64,000 nucleotides of DNA. Origin: Phycisphaerae bacterium (GTDB lineage: Bacteria > Planctomycetota > Phycisphaerae > SM23-33). Positions 1 to 9,357 of this stretch are shown here, in pieces. Both the position numbers and the translations under genes were made by a program. The stretch is taken from contig JBNGDC010000004.1 in assembly GCA_049975485.1 (NCBI GenBank), positions 59,636-123,635 of the forward strand, read 5' to 3'. The number at the start of each line of letters is the position of its first letter. Positions within the stretch are counted from its first letter, which is position 1. The notes beneath the pieces were generated by a model. The model did not search any database, was not told the origin of the DNA, and saw only the letters and a program-made list of their open reading frames with translations.

Positions 1-233
1 CGGCCGTCCATTTCGTCCATAATCTCTTCGGCCCGTTGGCCTTGTATATCGAGTTGCTCCTGAATTTGCTCGATGTCTTCCTCGGCCTTTTCCCGGGTTC
101 TGAGGGAAGTATCGGCCTGCTCGGCAGCCATGTTTGACATAATGGCTATGGCTATCAGCAGCCCTATCAGCCCCGCGCCGCCGAACAGCGCCGCGACCAG
201 CCGGGCCGAACCTCTGCGAAATCGACTTCTCAT
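1..233 (-). CDS. hypothetical membrane-anchored protein, 5' part only (gene runs off window start)
   Basis: Minus-strand ATG at 233 is preceded by AGGAGG 7 nt upstream. Translation MRSRFRRGSARLVAALFGGAGLIGLLIAIAIM... has one hydrophobic helix followed by a charged coiled-coil-like stretch. It is absent from the ORF track because it is truncated by the window edge. Confidence 0.45.
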   Translation of the reverse strand, partial: MRSRFRRGSARLVAALFGGAGLIGLLIAIAIMSNMAAEQADTSLRTREKAEEDIEQIQEQLDIQGQRAEEIMDEMDG

Positions 234-308
234 GATGTCACCTCCTGCCGCAGCACCATTGTAACAGCCCGCAAGCCAAAGCGACGCGCATGGTCAAGGA
301 GAGACTGC

Positions 309-1364
309 TCAGTCATCAAGAGAAATGGAGAGATCGCTCGCCTCCAGATAAGAGATCAATTGCTTCTCGCCGGTGTTCCTCCAGGCCGATTCGTTATGGG
401 AGTTTTCAGATATCGCCTTTGCACTCAGCCGGCCAAGGGTTTCAGCGACCTTTTCAAGAACCCTTTGCTCATGCTCCGAGAACTCCACGTTCAACTCGCT
501 CGCCTTCGGCCCTGAAGAATAGTAACATCCGACAAGACCTGTGGGATAATGCTCTTCACGAGATGTCAGGAAATCTTCGGACTCCATCCGACTGAGCAGA
601 CCACCATAGTCGGCTGGGACGGGTCCGTATTCCAGCCGCCGGTAGGCGGCTCCGGTCAGCGAAACCGTGGAGGTCTTAAAGCTCAGGAAGTCGGCATAGA
701 ACAGTAGTTTGTTGATAGTGGTACGCGACACGTCTCCCAATCGGTTACAGAACCAAGTGACTGTCGCAGCGAACCTCTCGTAGTCAAACCTTCGGTATCC
801 GGTTCTGTCGGTCACTTCGTCTGGCATGCATATCCAATCCACCTCCCCAAGATGCTCGAGTGCCCGGCAGACCGGCTCGGATTCACCTGCAAGAGACTGC
901 TCCACCCGCTTTCTTTGCCAGTCACTAAGCAGATGTCCTCGCCGTTCGAGCAAATCACGAAGCACATCGGGCTTTTCACATGCGCGGATCGCCGTATCGT
1001 GGGCCGAATCCTGAAGCCCTCCCTGCTCATAGCGATTGATGGTTGCCTCGCTCATTCCGAGCAAAGCCGCGAATGACTTCTGGCTCAGCCGATATTGCCT
1101 GCGGATCTCTTTGATGCGCTGGGGTGTCAACAGGTCGGCTCGACGCCGGTATTCGGCGTAAACGGCATTAAGAACGGCTTGGTCATGTTCGTCCGAGCCG
1201 AGTGGCTCGCCACAGTTGACGCAAATGAGTCTTTCGACGGGTATCGTGATCTGCTGATCTCGAACCTTGTAAGTCTCGTCACGCCTGACGCGCTTCGCGA
1301 GCCGATAGTCTTCGCAGTTCGGACAGAAGACCTCTGTTCTTTTGTCGATGTCGGCCTTCATCAA
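309..1364 (-). CDS. mqsA: MqsA-like antitoxin (Zn-ribbon + HTH-XRE) with additional C-terminal Panacea/DUF4065-like domain
   Basis: N-terminus has CPNC...CVNC (a four-Cys zinc ribbon). A helix-turn-helix follows: RQYRLSQKSFAALLGMSEATINRYEQGG. The C-terminal ~200 aa has Panacea hallmarks: NKLLFYADFL, YGPVPADY and SHNESAWRNT (compare SocA KLQKLLYYAQ...HGPV...PPWRNA). It overlaps the upstream toxin ORF by 4 nt (ATGA). Confidence 0.7.
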   Translation of the reverse strand: MMKADIDKRTEVFCPNCEDYRLAKRVRRDETYKVRDQQITIPVERLICVNCGEPLGSDEHDQAVLNAVYAEYRRRADLLTPQRIKEIRRQYRLSQKSFAALLGMSEATINRYEQGGLQDSAHDTAIRACEKPDVLRDLLERRGHLLSDWQRKRVEQSLAGESEPVCRALEHLGEVDWICMPDEVTDRTGYRRFDYERFAATVTWFCNRLGDVSRTTINKLLFYADFLSFKTSTVSLTGAAYRRLEYGPVPADYGGLLSRMESEDFLTSREEHYPTGLVGCYYSSGPKASELNVEFSEHEQRVLEKVAETLGRLSAKAISENSHNESAWRNTGEKQLISYLEASDLSISLDD

Positions 1365-1729
1365 TTTTTCTTCCGCAAAGGGTATCTCATCCTGTGCTCA
1401 GCCGGGTGGAAAGACCACACCATCGCACGAAACAAGCCTCTTCGTCTGGAATCCTGCACGACGCGCAACTTGATATAGACTTCCACGCCACCAACATCCT
1501 TGCCGAACTCCCACACCTGTCTGGTGTCGTCTGTGTCGTCTGGCTTTGGGCCTGCGTGGTAGTCATCGGGTGTCAGACCAAGGAGCAACTCCTTGCGTTC
1601 CGCACCTGTAAGTCCGAGGTCAATAAGCGCTTGCGCGTTCTTGTCCCTGGCTCTTACGTGCCAAAAGCCCAAGGTCACGCATGCCTTAAACTGGTTCAGG
1701 AACTCAAGGACCTCAGACCGACTAGCCAT
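1361..1729 (-). CDS. mqsR: MqsR-like type II toxin (ribonuclease family)
   Basis: 122 aa. Blocks align to E. coli MqsR from memory: DVGGVEVYIKLRVVQD vs LVTGQVYLKITVIHD; RQVWEFGKDV vs IWQDVY; TPDDYHAGP vs SESDFYKSM. Toxin-first order and 4-nt overlap with the antitoxin match mqsRA. Confidence 0.65.
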   Translation of the reverse strand: MASRSEVLEFLNQFKACVTLGFWHVRARDKNAQALIDLGLTGAERKELLLGLTPDDYHAGPKPDDTDDTRQVWEFGKDVGGVEVYIKLRVVQDSRRRGLFRAMVWSFHPAEHRMRYPLRKKN

Positions 1730-1756
1730 CCCGCAACCCCTATATCGTCACAGGAT

Positions 1757-1772
1757 GCTATCATATGATAGC
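1757..1772. promoter_or_regulatory. perfect 16-bp palindrome GCTATCATATGATAGC in AT-rich promoter region of the mqsRA-like operon; putative antitoxin operator
   Basis: Read directly at 1757-1772, 28 bp upstream of the toxin start (1729, minus strand). Flanked by AT-rich sequence (ttatttatcataaaag). Confidence 0.45.
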
Positions 1773-1898
1773 ATTTTTTTCAGCAGAATCAAGGCAAGAT
1801 GCCCTACTCATGCGGCACCATCACCTTAAGATATTGTTGGACATACGCTTATTTATCATAAAAGATTCTGCTGGCCCCTTATACAAACTTCGCTCCGC

Positions 1899-3172
1899 CT
1901 ACGCCGGCGTTATCTTCTCCATGCCGTGCATGTAGGGTCGCAGGGCCTTTGGCACAGTGACGCTGCCGTCGGCGTTCTGGTACAGCTCCAGGATGGGTAT
2001 GAGTATCCGCGGGCTTGCGATGACGGTGTTGTTGAGCGTGTGGCAGTATTGCAGCTCGCCTTCGCCGTCGCGGTAGCGGATGTTCAGCCGCCGGGCCTGG
2101 AAGTCGTGATACCGGCTGGCCGAGTGTGTCTCGCCGTATGCGCCCCGTGACGGCATGTAGGTCTCGATGTCGAACCGCTGCACCTGCCCGATGCCGATAT
2201 CGCCCGTGCAGCAGTTGACCACGCGGTAGGGCAGATCGAGTGCGTTCAGCACGTCCTCGCTGTTTTTCAGTATCTCGGCGTGAAGCTCCAGGGACTGCTC
2301 GGCGTCGTTAAGGCCTATCACCACCTGCTCGACCTTGTCGAAGTAGTGGATGCGATACAGCCCGTAGGTGTCCTTGCCGGCGGCGCCGGCCTCTCGGCGG
2401 AAGCACGTGGAAAGCGCCACATATTTTTTGGGCAGTTCATCCTGGGAGAGAATCTCGTCGCCGTGGAAGCCCGTGACCGGCACCTCGGCCGTTCCCACCA
2501 GTGCCATTCCGTCCCGCTCAACCAGATAGGACTCATCCCGGCCCAGTGGGAAATGACCGGTGCCTTCCATTGCATGCTCGCCTACCAGGACCGGCACGGT
2601 CAGCAGCGTCCAGCCCTTGGAGATCATCTGGTCCAGCGCCAGTCGCAGCACGGCCTGGTGGAGCATGGCGCCTGCGCCCTTGAGTGTGAAGTTGCGCGAG
2701 CCGGCCAGCTTCACGCCCCGCTCGATGTCGATTATGTCCAGCGCCTTGCCCAGCTCGACATGGTCCTTCGGTTCGAAGTCGAACCTCCGCGGCTCGCCCA
2801 CCCGGCGGAGCTCCACGTTGTCCTCCTCGCTTTCGCCTACGGGGACCTCGTCAGAGGGAACCTGCGGCACGCGCAGCAGAAGGTCGCGATGGGTCGGTTC
2901 CAGCCCGGCCGCGAGGTCTTCCAGTTCCTTGGCGCGGGCCTTGAGGCGGGACATCTCCTCTATCGCCTGCTGCTTCCGCTCGCCGGAGAGCTTGGCTATC
3001 TCCTTGCCGGCGCGGTTCTGTCTGGTGCGGATATCCTGGAGCTCGCGCTGCGCGTCGAGTAGTTGCTCGTCGATGCGCAGCAGCTCTTCTATATCCACGT
3101 CGATTTTCTTGTTCCTGGCGGCCTGGGCGAATTTGTCCGGGTCCGCGCGGAGTTCCTTGATGTCGATCATGT
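1899..3172 (-). CDS. serS: seryl-tRNA synthetase
   Basis: MIDIKELRADPDKF... N-terminal coiled-coil arm and class II core motifs (FRREAGAAGKDTYGLYRIHYFDKVE, TLNNTVIASPR). The ORF track opens 35 codons earlier (3275), but ATG at 3172 gives the canonical SerS N-terminus. Confidence 0.95.
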
Positions 3173-3427
3173 TCTCTCTCGTCCTGGGTTCGCTGGATCG
3201 GCGGCGATTAGACCGGAGTCGGCCGGCTTTTGCAACCGGTGTGCGCACACTGGGCAGAGAGAACACGAATTGCACGAATCACCACCGATTGCACAAATGG
3301 GGATAGCTTACCGGCCGGCGGGGATTCTGCGTCGTCTGCTACTCTGCGAAGTGTCGCTACGAAGCACGAGCTGTGTAGCGTAATGCTCAGAGCAGTACAG
3401 TAAGCCCCAGGGGTTACCGGCTACCGT

Positions 3428-5605
3428 CTATCCAAACGCCGACGAGATGGCCTCGATGCGATAGTCGGCCTCGTCGCCTTCGAGCTTCAGTTGCACCTCG
3501 TCGCCGACCCTTTTGCCCATCAGGTCCTGAGCGAGCTGGGTCTGGTAGCTGTAAATCCGGTTGGCAACGTCGGTTTCCCAGGGCCCTAGGAAACTGACAT
3601 CGAACTCCTTGCCGTTATCGAGCCGTCGCAGGTGGACCTTCGAGCCGATGCCGACCATGTCGGTGGGGACTTCATCAGGATGGATGACGCGGGCGCGTGA
3701 AAGCTCGTCCTGCATCTTGGCCTGTCTGCGCCGCAGGAGGTCACGCTCCTCCATGGCGAAGCTCCACTCGGCATTCTCGCTGAGGTCCCCGTGGGAGGCC
3801 GCCTCGCCTATGCGACGGGAGTTGTCCGGTATCTCGACTTCCGCGAGGTGCTTCAACTCCGCCAGACGACGGTCCATCGCCTCCTGCGTGGTGTAAATGG
3901 TGGACTCGTCCAGCCACGGCTCCACGCGTTTGGATATCCAAAGCGCCGGGAATTTGTTCCGCAGCAACTGGAGCATCTCGCCCCGGACGGCCTGGGCAAG
4001 CCCGTCGCATCGCTGCACCAGGCGCTTGACGGTGGCGGCCACGTCTTCGTCCATCTCCTCCAGCGCCTGCTTGTAGCTTGCGAACCCGTTGGCCGACAGG
4101 GCCGACCGGACCTTCTGGAAGATATCCTTGCGGTGCGAGCGGTCCACCTGTTCGTCCCGGCCGAGGTGTTGCATCATGGTCAGCAGACGGCTGAGCAGCT
4201 CGACCTTTCCAGGCGCGCCCCGCGGGGGCTGCTGCGGGCCTTTCCACAGCCAGATCGCCACCTCCGGCAGCTTCTGCGGGTCCTTGAGGGCCTTGGTGAC
4301 GATGGATTCGACGGCGTCCTCGCGGCCGGCTGATCGCAGCCGGGCCGACACGTCGTCCAGGTGGTCCGACGAAAGCATCGGAAGCAGCTTCGCAAGGCAA
4401 TCGGCCGCGTCGGGTCGGGACGACAACGCCTCGATTGCCGGCGGTATCAGCTCCGCGTCCAGTGAGGCCGCGACCCGGGCCGGGTTTTTCGAGGATGCGA
4501 TGATGTCCGCGGCCGACGGGTGCGGTTGCTCGGCAGTACCCAGCCCCAGTTCCTCGGCCTTTGCCAGCGCCAGAGCGGCCGTTAGCGCGTCGGTCGGTCG
4601 GTTCTGGGCAAACTCCCGCGCCTGCCTGGCAAGGGACTCGATGACGGGACGCACGAAATCCTCCTGGGGCTGTACCTTCCGTGCTGAGGCCTCGCGCACG
4701 TAGCGCCGCAGCAGGTTCAGCTTGTCCATCGGCATCCGCGCAGACTGGGCCTCACCGGCCAGCTCCTCCTCCAGGGATTTGCCGCCCGGGTGGTAGCTGA
4801 TCACGATGGGCCTGCCCTCCAGTGTCAGGTACTCGCTTTTCCTCGCGGCCGTGCGGGCGCGGTTCCACCACGAGCTCCACTGACTGGCGGAAATGTGCTG
4901 GGGGACCAGCTCTTCCTTCAGTTGCTCGGCGTCTATGCTTCCGCCTCGCGAACGGCAAAGACCTATCAGCAAACCGGCCGGGTCGGATTCCAGCAGCTCT
5001 CCCAGGCGGTCGCTGCGATACTGGCAAAGCACCCGGAAGTCGTCGGCGTCGGCGGGGTCGAACTCGTCGGCGAGGTTTTTGCACTCCATGCGTATGGTCC
5101 CGCCGGATGGCTCGCTCAGCTCGAATTCCTTCAGCACCTCGTCGAAGCCGGACACCTTGACCACACGGTGGTCGAAGCGGTTGACCAGGTAGTCGCCCGG
5201 ACCGATGCCCAGGCAAGTGCGCAGGGTCCGGAACGCCCGGCGCGGCGATTGGCCGCTCAGCAGTCCCGCCGCTTCGAATATCGGCTCGAAATGCCGGTGT
5301 TGTCCGTGCGCCCGGCGGAATACCTCGCCGGCCTGGGCACGAAGCTCGTCGCTTTCCGGCACTGCGGTGACGACGGCTTCGGCTTCCTCGAGGGCGCGTT
5401 CGTCGGACAGCTTCTCGGCGCGTTCGGCCAGCAGAGCCCAGCCGAGTGTCTCGGCCGTGTTCAGTTCGCCCGCCTCGACGAGCTTTTCGAGCACGGGCGC
5501 GAGCTGCTCGCCCGGTGTGCCTTCCTCGACGGCCTCCATCCACGCCGTCTCCAGGGCGTCCGCGTCGCCGGCTTCCGTCAGTGCTTTCAGGTCTTCAATG
5601 TTCAT
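3428..5605 (-). CDS. large protein with C-terminal GreA/GreB-like transcript cleavage factor module (N-terminal ~560 aa of unknown function)
   Basis: The C-terminal ~160 aa carry GreA signatures: GDLSENAEW (GreA GDLSENAEY) in the coiled-coil, then an FKBP-like domain (VGIGSKVHLRRLDNGKEFDVSFLGPWE...GKRVGDEVQL). The N-terminal 560 aa are helical and Ala/Leu/Glu-rich with no motif I recognise. Confidence 0.6.
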   Translation of the reverse strand: MNIEDLKALTEAGDADALETAWMEAVEEGTPGEQLAPVLEKLVEAGELNTAETLGWALLAERAEKLSDERALEEAEAVVTAVPESDELRAQAGEVFRRAHGQHRHFEPIFEAAGLLSGQSPRRAFRTLRTCLGIGPGDYLVNRFDHRVVKVSGFDEVLKEFELSEPSGGTIRMECKNLADEFDPADADDFRVLCQYRSDRLGELLESDPAGLLIGLCRSRGGSIDAEQLKEELVPQHISASQWSSWWNRARTAARKSEYLTLEGRPIVISYHPGGKSLEEELAGEAQSARMPMDKLNLLRRYVREASARKVQPQEDFVRPVIESLARQAREFAQNRPTDALTAALALAKAEELGLGTAEQPHPSAADIIASSKNPARVAASLDAELIPPAIEALSSRPDAADCLAKLLPMLSSDHLDDVSARLRSAGREDAVESIVTKALKDPQKLPEVAIWLWKGPQQPPRGAPGKVELLSRLLTMMQHLGRDEQVDRSHRKDIFQKVRSALSANGFASYKQALEEMDEDVAATVKRLVQRCDGLAQAVRGEMLQLLRNKFPALWISKRVEPWLDESTIYTTQEAMDRRLAELKHLAEVEIPDNSRRIGEAASHGDLSENAEWSFAMEERDLLRRRQAKMQDELSRARVIHPDEVPTDMVGIGSKVHLRRLDNGKEFDVSFLGPWETDVANRIYSYQTQLAQDLMGKRVGDEVQLKLEGDEADYRIEAISSAFG

Positions 5606-5755
5606 AGGGATACCAGGAAGGAGTTTTTAGCACACCCCCGGCCGGGCAACAAGACCGACGGCGTCGAGCCAGGCGGTTTCGCTGTACAGGCGCCCTAAGT
5701 AAAGGCCTCCCGGCTACGTCCCGATAACCACTAAAAGACACCCTGTGGGTATGCG

Positions 5756-8700
5756 GTGGCTCAACTCAAGTCGAGATTATCCTGGAGCTTGGAGCCGATG
5801 CCGGGCGGCAGTGCGGAAAACTCGGGGCGGAAATCAGCGCGTTCGGATTCACCGGGGGCGGACAACAGGCCCGTAAGTTTGCCGGCTGTGGTGCTGCCTG
5901 TGCTGGCCGCGGCGTTGCTGGCCGGCGGTGTCGGCGCTCTGGTGTGGTGGACGCACGCGAATTTCGAGCAGTCCCTTGTGGGAAGCTTCCAGAGCTATCA
6001 ACTGACGGCCGCGCGCGGCATCGCCGGCACGATGGAAGATACCTTCGACGACATCCAGGACAATATCCGCACCATCTCAGAATACCCGCAAGTGCTTGCG
6101 GGCGGCAGCGAGGCCGGTGACGCACTCGATAATTATTTCCGCACCCGCGCGGATGTGCTCAGCGAGTTGGGTCTGACAGACTCTTCGGGCAAGGTTGTCC
6201 ATCGTTCAGGCGAGGCGCTTGCCGGCGGCAGTATTGACGATTGGCCGGAGTTCATCTGGACTCGCCGCAGCGGCAGTTCCTACACGGGCTACGGTGCGGC
6301 CCTGAAGAATTCAGAAGGCGAGCGGGTGGTCAGGATCGTCAGTCCGCTGAGCGACGACGGCCGCTTCGCCGGTGTGCTCTACGCGCTGGTCAGCGTCCGC
6401 AAGCTCTCGGTGAAGAGCTTCACACGCCCGGACCGGTGGGCCCAGAATGGCTGGTGGGTCATCAGCCCCGGCGGCAAAGTGCTCTTTGAGGCCGACGTGG
6501 AATCCTTCGACCGACAGTCGCAGAGGGCGGGTTTTGGTGTCCCCGCTGTGATTCGTCGGCAGGTGGTCCGGGCGGTCTCCACCCACGGCGCCGGCCAGGG
6601 TCGGGAGGGGGTAACCCAACTGGCCGGTGCGGATGGCTCGCCCTCCGGAGTTCTGCTGGCGTACACGCCGGTGAAGCTCGGCACGCAACGCTACGCCCTG
6701 GCGATGGCCGCCCCAAAGAGCGACATATCCGTGCCCATCACCGCGCACCAGCGCATTACTTACTCGCTGATCGCCGTGCTGGTGATGATGTTCTTCGCGG
6801 CCGGCTATATCAGCTACCGCAGCGCCAAGGCGCACCTGTCGCTGGCAGAGGAGCGCCGCAAGGCGGCGGAGTCCGCAAGCCGCGCCAAGAGCGACTTCCT
6901 CGCCCGCGTCAGCCATGAGATACGCAACCCCATGAGCGTGATAATCGGGCTGACAGAGCACCTGCTGGACACAAAACTGAACCGATCGCAGCAGCGCTAC
7001 ATGCGGATGGTTCGCCAGGCGGGCGATTGGCTGCTGACGGTCATCAACGACATCCTGGACTTTTCCAAGATAGAGGCCGGTCGGCTGGATCTGGCCAGTT
7101 CGGACTTCTCTGTTCGTGACTGCGTGCGGGATACGTCTGAGCTGATGAGCGTTCGTGCGGAAGAAAAGGGGCTGTCCCTGCGGTTCGAGGTGGACGCCGA
7201 CGTACCGGACATGCTGGTTGGCGACCCGGGCCGGCTCCGGCAGGTGCTCATCAACCTCCTGGGAAACGCCGTGAAGTTCACCGATGAGGGCGAGATAGGC
7301 GTGCGCGCTTCGCTTGAAGCGGACGAGGGCGACACGGCGGTACTGCACTTCGTGGTTACCGACACAGGTCCCGGCATACCCCCGGAGAAGCGTCGGGAGA
7401 TATTCCAGGCCTTCGCGCAGGCCGGGACCTACAGTCGCGAGCGGCACAGCGGTACGGGTCTGGGCCTGGCGATATCGTCCCAGCTTGTCGAAATGATGGG
7501 CGGGCGGATATGGGTGGAAAGCACTGTCGGTAAGGGAAGCGAGTTCCATTTTCTGGTGAGACTGCCTCGCAGTTCGCAGCAACTCGCCGAGGACATGGAG
7601 GTCTCCATCGAGCGGCTCAGGTCGTTGCGCGTGCTCGTGGTGGACTCCGAAGCGTCCAACCGCGACTATCTGTGCGGCGTTCTCGGCGACTGGGGCATGG
7701 ACTGCCAAACCTGCGCCGGCGAACAGGCGGGCATGGAGCTGCTGCGAAGCGGCGCCTCGGACGGCAAACCGTTCGATATCGCCCTGGTGGAGGCGGCCGC
7801 CGACGGCGTGGACGGCTTCGCGCTGGCGGGCAGGATAAAGGCCGCCCCGGAGTTGTCGGACACGGCCGTCATCCTGATGTCGCGTATGGGCGTCCGTGGC
7901 GACGGCGCCCGCAGCGAGGCCGCCGGAGCGGTGGCCTACCTCACCAAGCCCATCGGGCGCAATCTTCTGGCGGCGGCCATCTCCGCGGCTCTGGACGTAG
8001 CCGAAGGAAAAGCCCCGCCACGGCTGATTACTCGACACTCGCTGCGCCAGTCGCGGCGACGTCTGCGCATACTGCTGGCCGAGGACAACCCGGTCAACCG
8101 TGAGCATGTCTCGTTGCTGCTGGAGAAGTGGGGGCACAGCGTGGATCATGCCTCGAACGGCAAGCAGGCCATCGATGCCTGGTCAAAGGGTGATTACGAC
8201 CTGGTCATGATGGACGGGGAGATGCCGGAAATGAACGGCCTGGAGGCGGCGTCGGAAATCCGCCGTCGCGAAGCCGGCACAGGCCGGCACGTGCCCATCA
8301 TCGCCATGACCGCCCACGCTCTCAAAGGCGACCGCGACTGCTGCCTTGCTGCTGGAATGGACGATTACATCGCCAAGCCCATGGAGCCGGAGACACTCTT
8401 TACGCTCATGGAGACATTGACAAACGGCGAATCGGCCGAGCCGACCGAAACTCCGTCGATGGAAACATCCGACGAGAGCGTATCAGAAAAAGCACCCGAA
8501 GAGCCGTCCGAAGCGCCTTGGGTCGTCTCGTTCGATGAGCGAGAAGCCCTGCGCCGCGTAGGCGGCAAACGCGAGACGCTCTGTCGGCTGGCGAAGGTAT
8601 TCGACGAGAACCGCGACACGATGTTGACGGCCGTCGCCGAAGCGCTCGACGCCGGCGACGCCGAACGCCTCCGCCAGGCCGCTCACCGCCTCAAAGGTTC

Positions 8701-8887
8701 GCTGGGGCTTCTGGCGGCCGACGCGGCCCACGACGCGGCTTGCCGACTGGAACTGGCCGCCCGCGAGAACCGCCTCGACGAGGCGGAGCAAATCTGCAGT
8801 GAGCTGCGGCGGGAAGTGCTCCGGTTTTCGGAGCAGCTCGCCTCGTACCGAAAGGACATGACCCATGCGACAAATTCTGGTGGCTGA
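5756..8887 (+). CDS. hybrid sensor histidine kinase/response regulator (periplasmic sensor, HisKA, HATPase, two receiver domains, C-terminal Hpt)
   Basis: Two TM segments flank a ~290-aa periplasmic region. H-box SHEIRNPMSVIIGL; G2 box GTGLGLAISSQLVEMMGGRIWVES; receivers (ILLAEDNPVNRE...DLVMMDGEMPEMNG...YIAKP); Hpt motif AHRLKGS at the C-terminus. The 5' start is uncertain (alternative MPGGS...). Confidence 0.9.
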   Translation: MAQLKSRLSWSLEPMPGGSAENSGRKSARSDSPGADNRPVSLPAVVLPVLAAALLAGGVGALVWWTHANFEQSLVGSFQSYQLTAARGIAGTMEDTFDDIQDNIRTISEYPQVLAGGSEAGDALDNYFRTRADVLSELGLTDSSGKVVHRSGEALAGGSIDDWPEFIWTRRSGSSYTGYGAALKNSEGERVVRIVSPLSDDGRFAGVLYALVSVRKLSVKSFTRPDRWAQNGWWVISPGGKVLFEADVESFDRQSQRAGFGVPAVIRRQVVRAVSTHGAGQGREGVTQLAGADGSPSGVLLAYTPVKLGTQRYALAMAAPKSDISVPITAHQRITYSLIAVLVMMFFAAGYISYRSAKAHLSLAEERRKAAESASRAKSDFLARVSHEIRNPMSVIIGLTEHLLDTKLNRSQQRYMRMVRQAGDWLLTVINDILDFSKIEAGRLDLASSDFSVRDCVRDTSELMSVRAEEKGLSLRFEVDADVPDMLVGDPGRLRQVLINLLGNAVKFTDEGEIGVRASLEADEGDTAVLHFVVTDTGPGIPPEKRREIFQAFAQAGTYSRERHSGTGLGLAISSQLVEMMGGRIWVESTVGKGSEFHFLVRLPRSSQQLAEDMEVSIERLRSLRVLVVDSEASNRDYLCGVLGDWGMDCQTCAGEQAGMELLRSGASDGKPFDIALVEAAADGVDGFALAGRIKAAPELSDTAVILMSRMGVRGDGARSEAAGAVAYLTKPIGRNLLAAAISAALDVAEGKAPPRLITRHSLRQSRRRLRILLAEDNPVNREHVSLLLEKWGHSVDHASNGKQAIDAWSKGDYDLVMMDGEMPEMNGLEAASEIRRREAGTGRHVPIIAMTAHALKGDRDCCLAAGMDDYIAKPMEPETLFTLMETLTNGESAEPTETPSMETSDESVSEKAPEEPSEAPWVVSFDEREALRRVGGKRETLCRLAKVFDENRDTMLTAVAEALDAGDAERLRQAAHRLKGSLGLLAADAAHDAACRLELAARENRLDEAEQICSELRREVLRFSEQLASYRKDMTHATNSGG

Positions 8888-9299
8888 CGACGATCCGGTC
8901 TATCAGGACCTGCTCAGAGACCTGCTGGAGGAGTGGGGCTACGAAACGATCGTTGTCGGCGACGGCGAAGCCGCCTGGGATATGCTCCAGCGGGACTCCG
9001 CCCCAAAACTGGTAATACTCGACTGGATGATGCCCGGCGTGGACGGATTCGAGATTTGCCGACGCCTCCGCGCCGACAATCAGAAACAGGACGTGTACGT
9101 CCTTCTGCTTACCGCCAGTCGCATGGAGGATGAGATAATCAAGGTGCTCGTCGCCGGCGCCGATGACTTCCTGCTCAAGCCCTTCCAGCCGCTGGAGCTG
9201 AAGATCCACCTCCGCGCGGCCAATCGCATACTGGACCTTCAGGAAGAGCTGTACTCCGAGCGGCAAGAGCGCGGCCGGAGCTGTCAGCGGCGCGCATAG
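8865..9299 (+). CDS. single-domain response regulator (CheY-like receiver)
   Basis: MRQILVADDDPVYQD...LDWMMPGVDGFE...FLLKPF. Overlaps the kinase gene by 23 nt. Confidence 0.85.
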   Translation: MRQILVADDDPVYQDLLRDLLEEWGYETIVVGDGEAAWDMLQRDSAPKLVILDWMMPGVDGFEICRRLRADNQKQDVYVLLLTASRMEDEIIKVLVAGADDFLLKPFQPLELKIHLRAANRILDLQEELYSERQERGRSCQRRA

Positions 9300-9357
9300 C
9301 CCCGTTCAGGACGAACAGTCCCCCCCGGGTGTCTCTTATGCGGTCCGCCGGCGTTGT

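Noticed and set aside
73-264. 73-264 (+) 63-aa ORF at the window start
   Set aside because: It is antisense to a minus-strand gene start with a strong AGGAGG ribosome-binding site and a TM helix (1-233). No motif.
2280-3062. Long antisense or alternative-frame ORFs throughout the window (e.g. 2280-3062+, 6311-8149-, 11791-13023+, 33257-35257+, 38331-39335-, 43223-45070+, 58154-59623+)
   Set aside because: Each lies inside or opposite a gene with clear protein-family signatures. Their translations are Arg/Ala/Gly/Pro-rich low-complexity, as expected of spurious ORFs in ~68% GC DNA. None has a recognisable motif.
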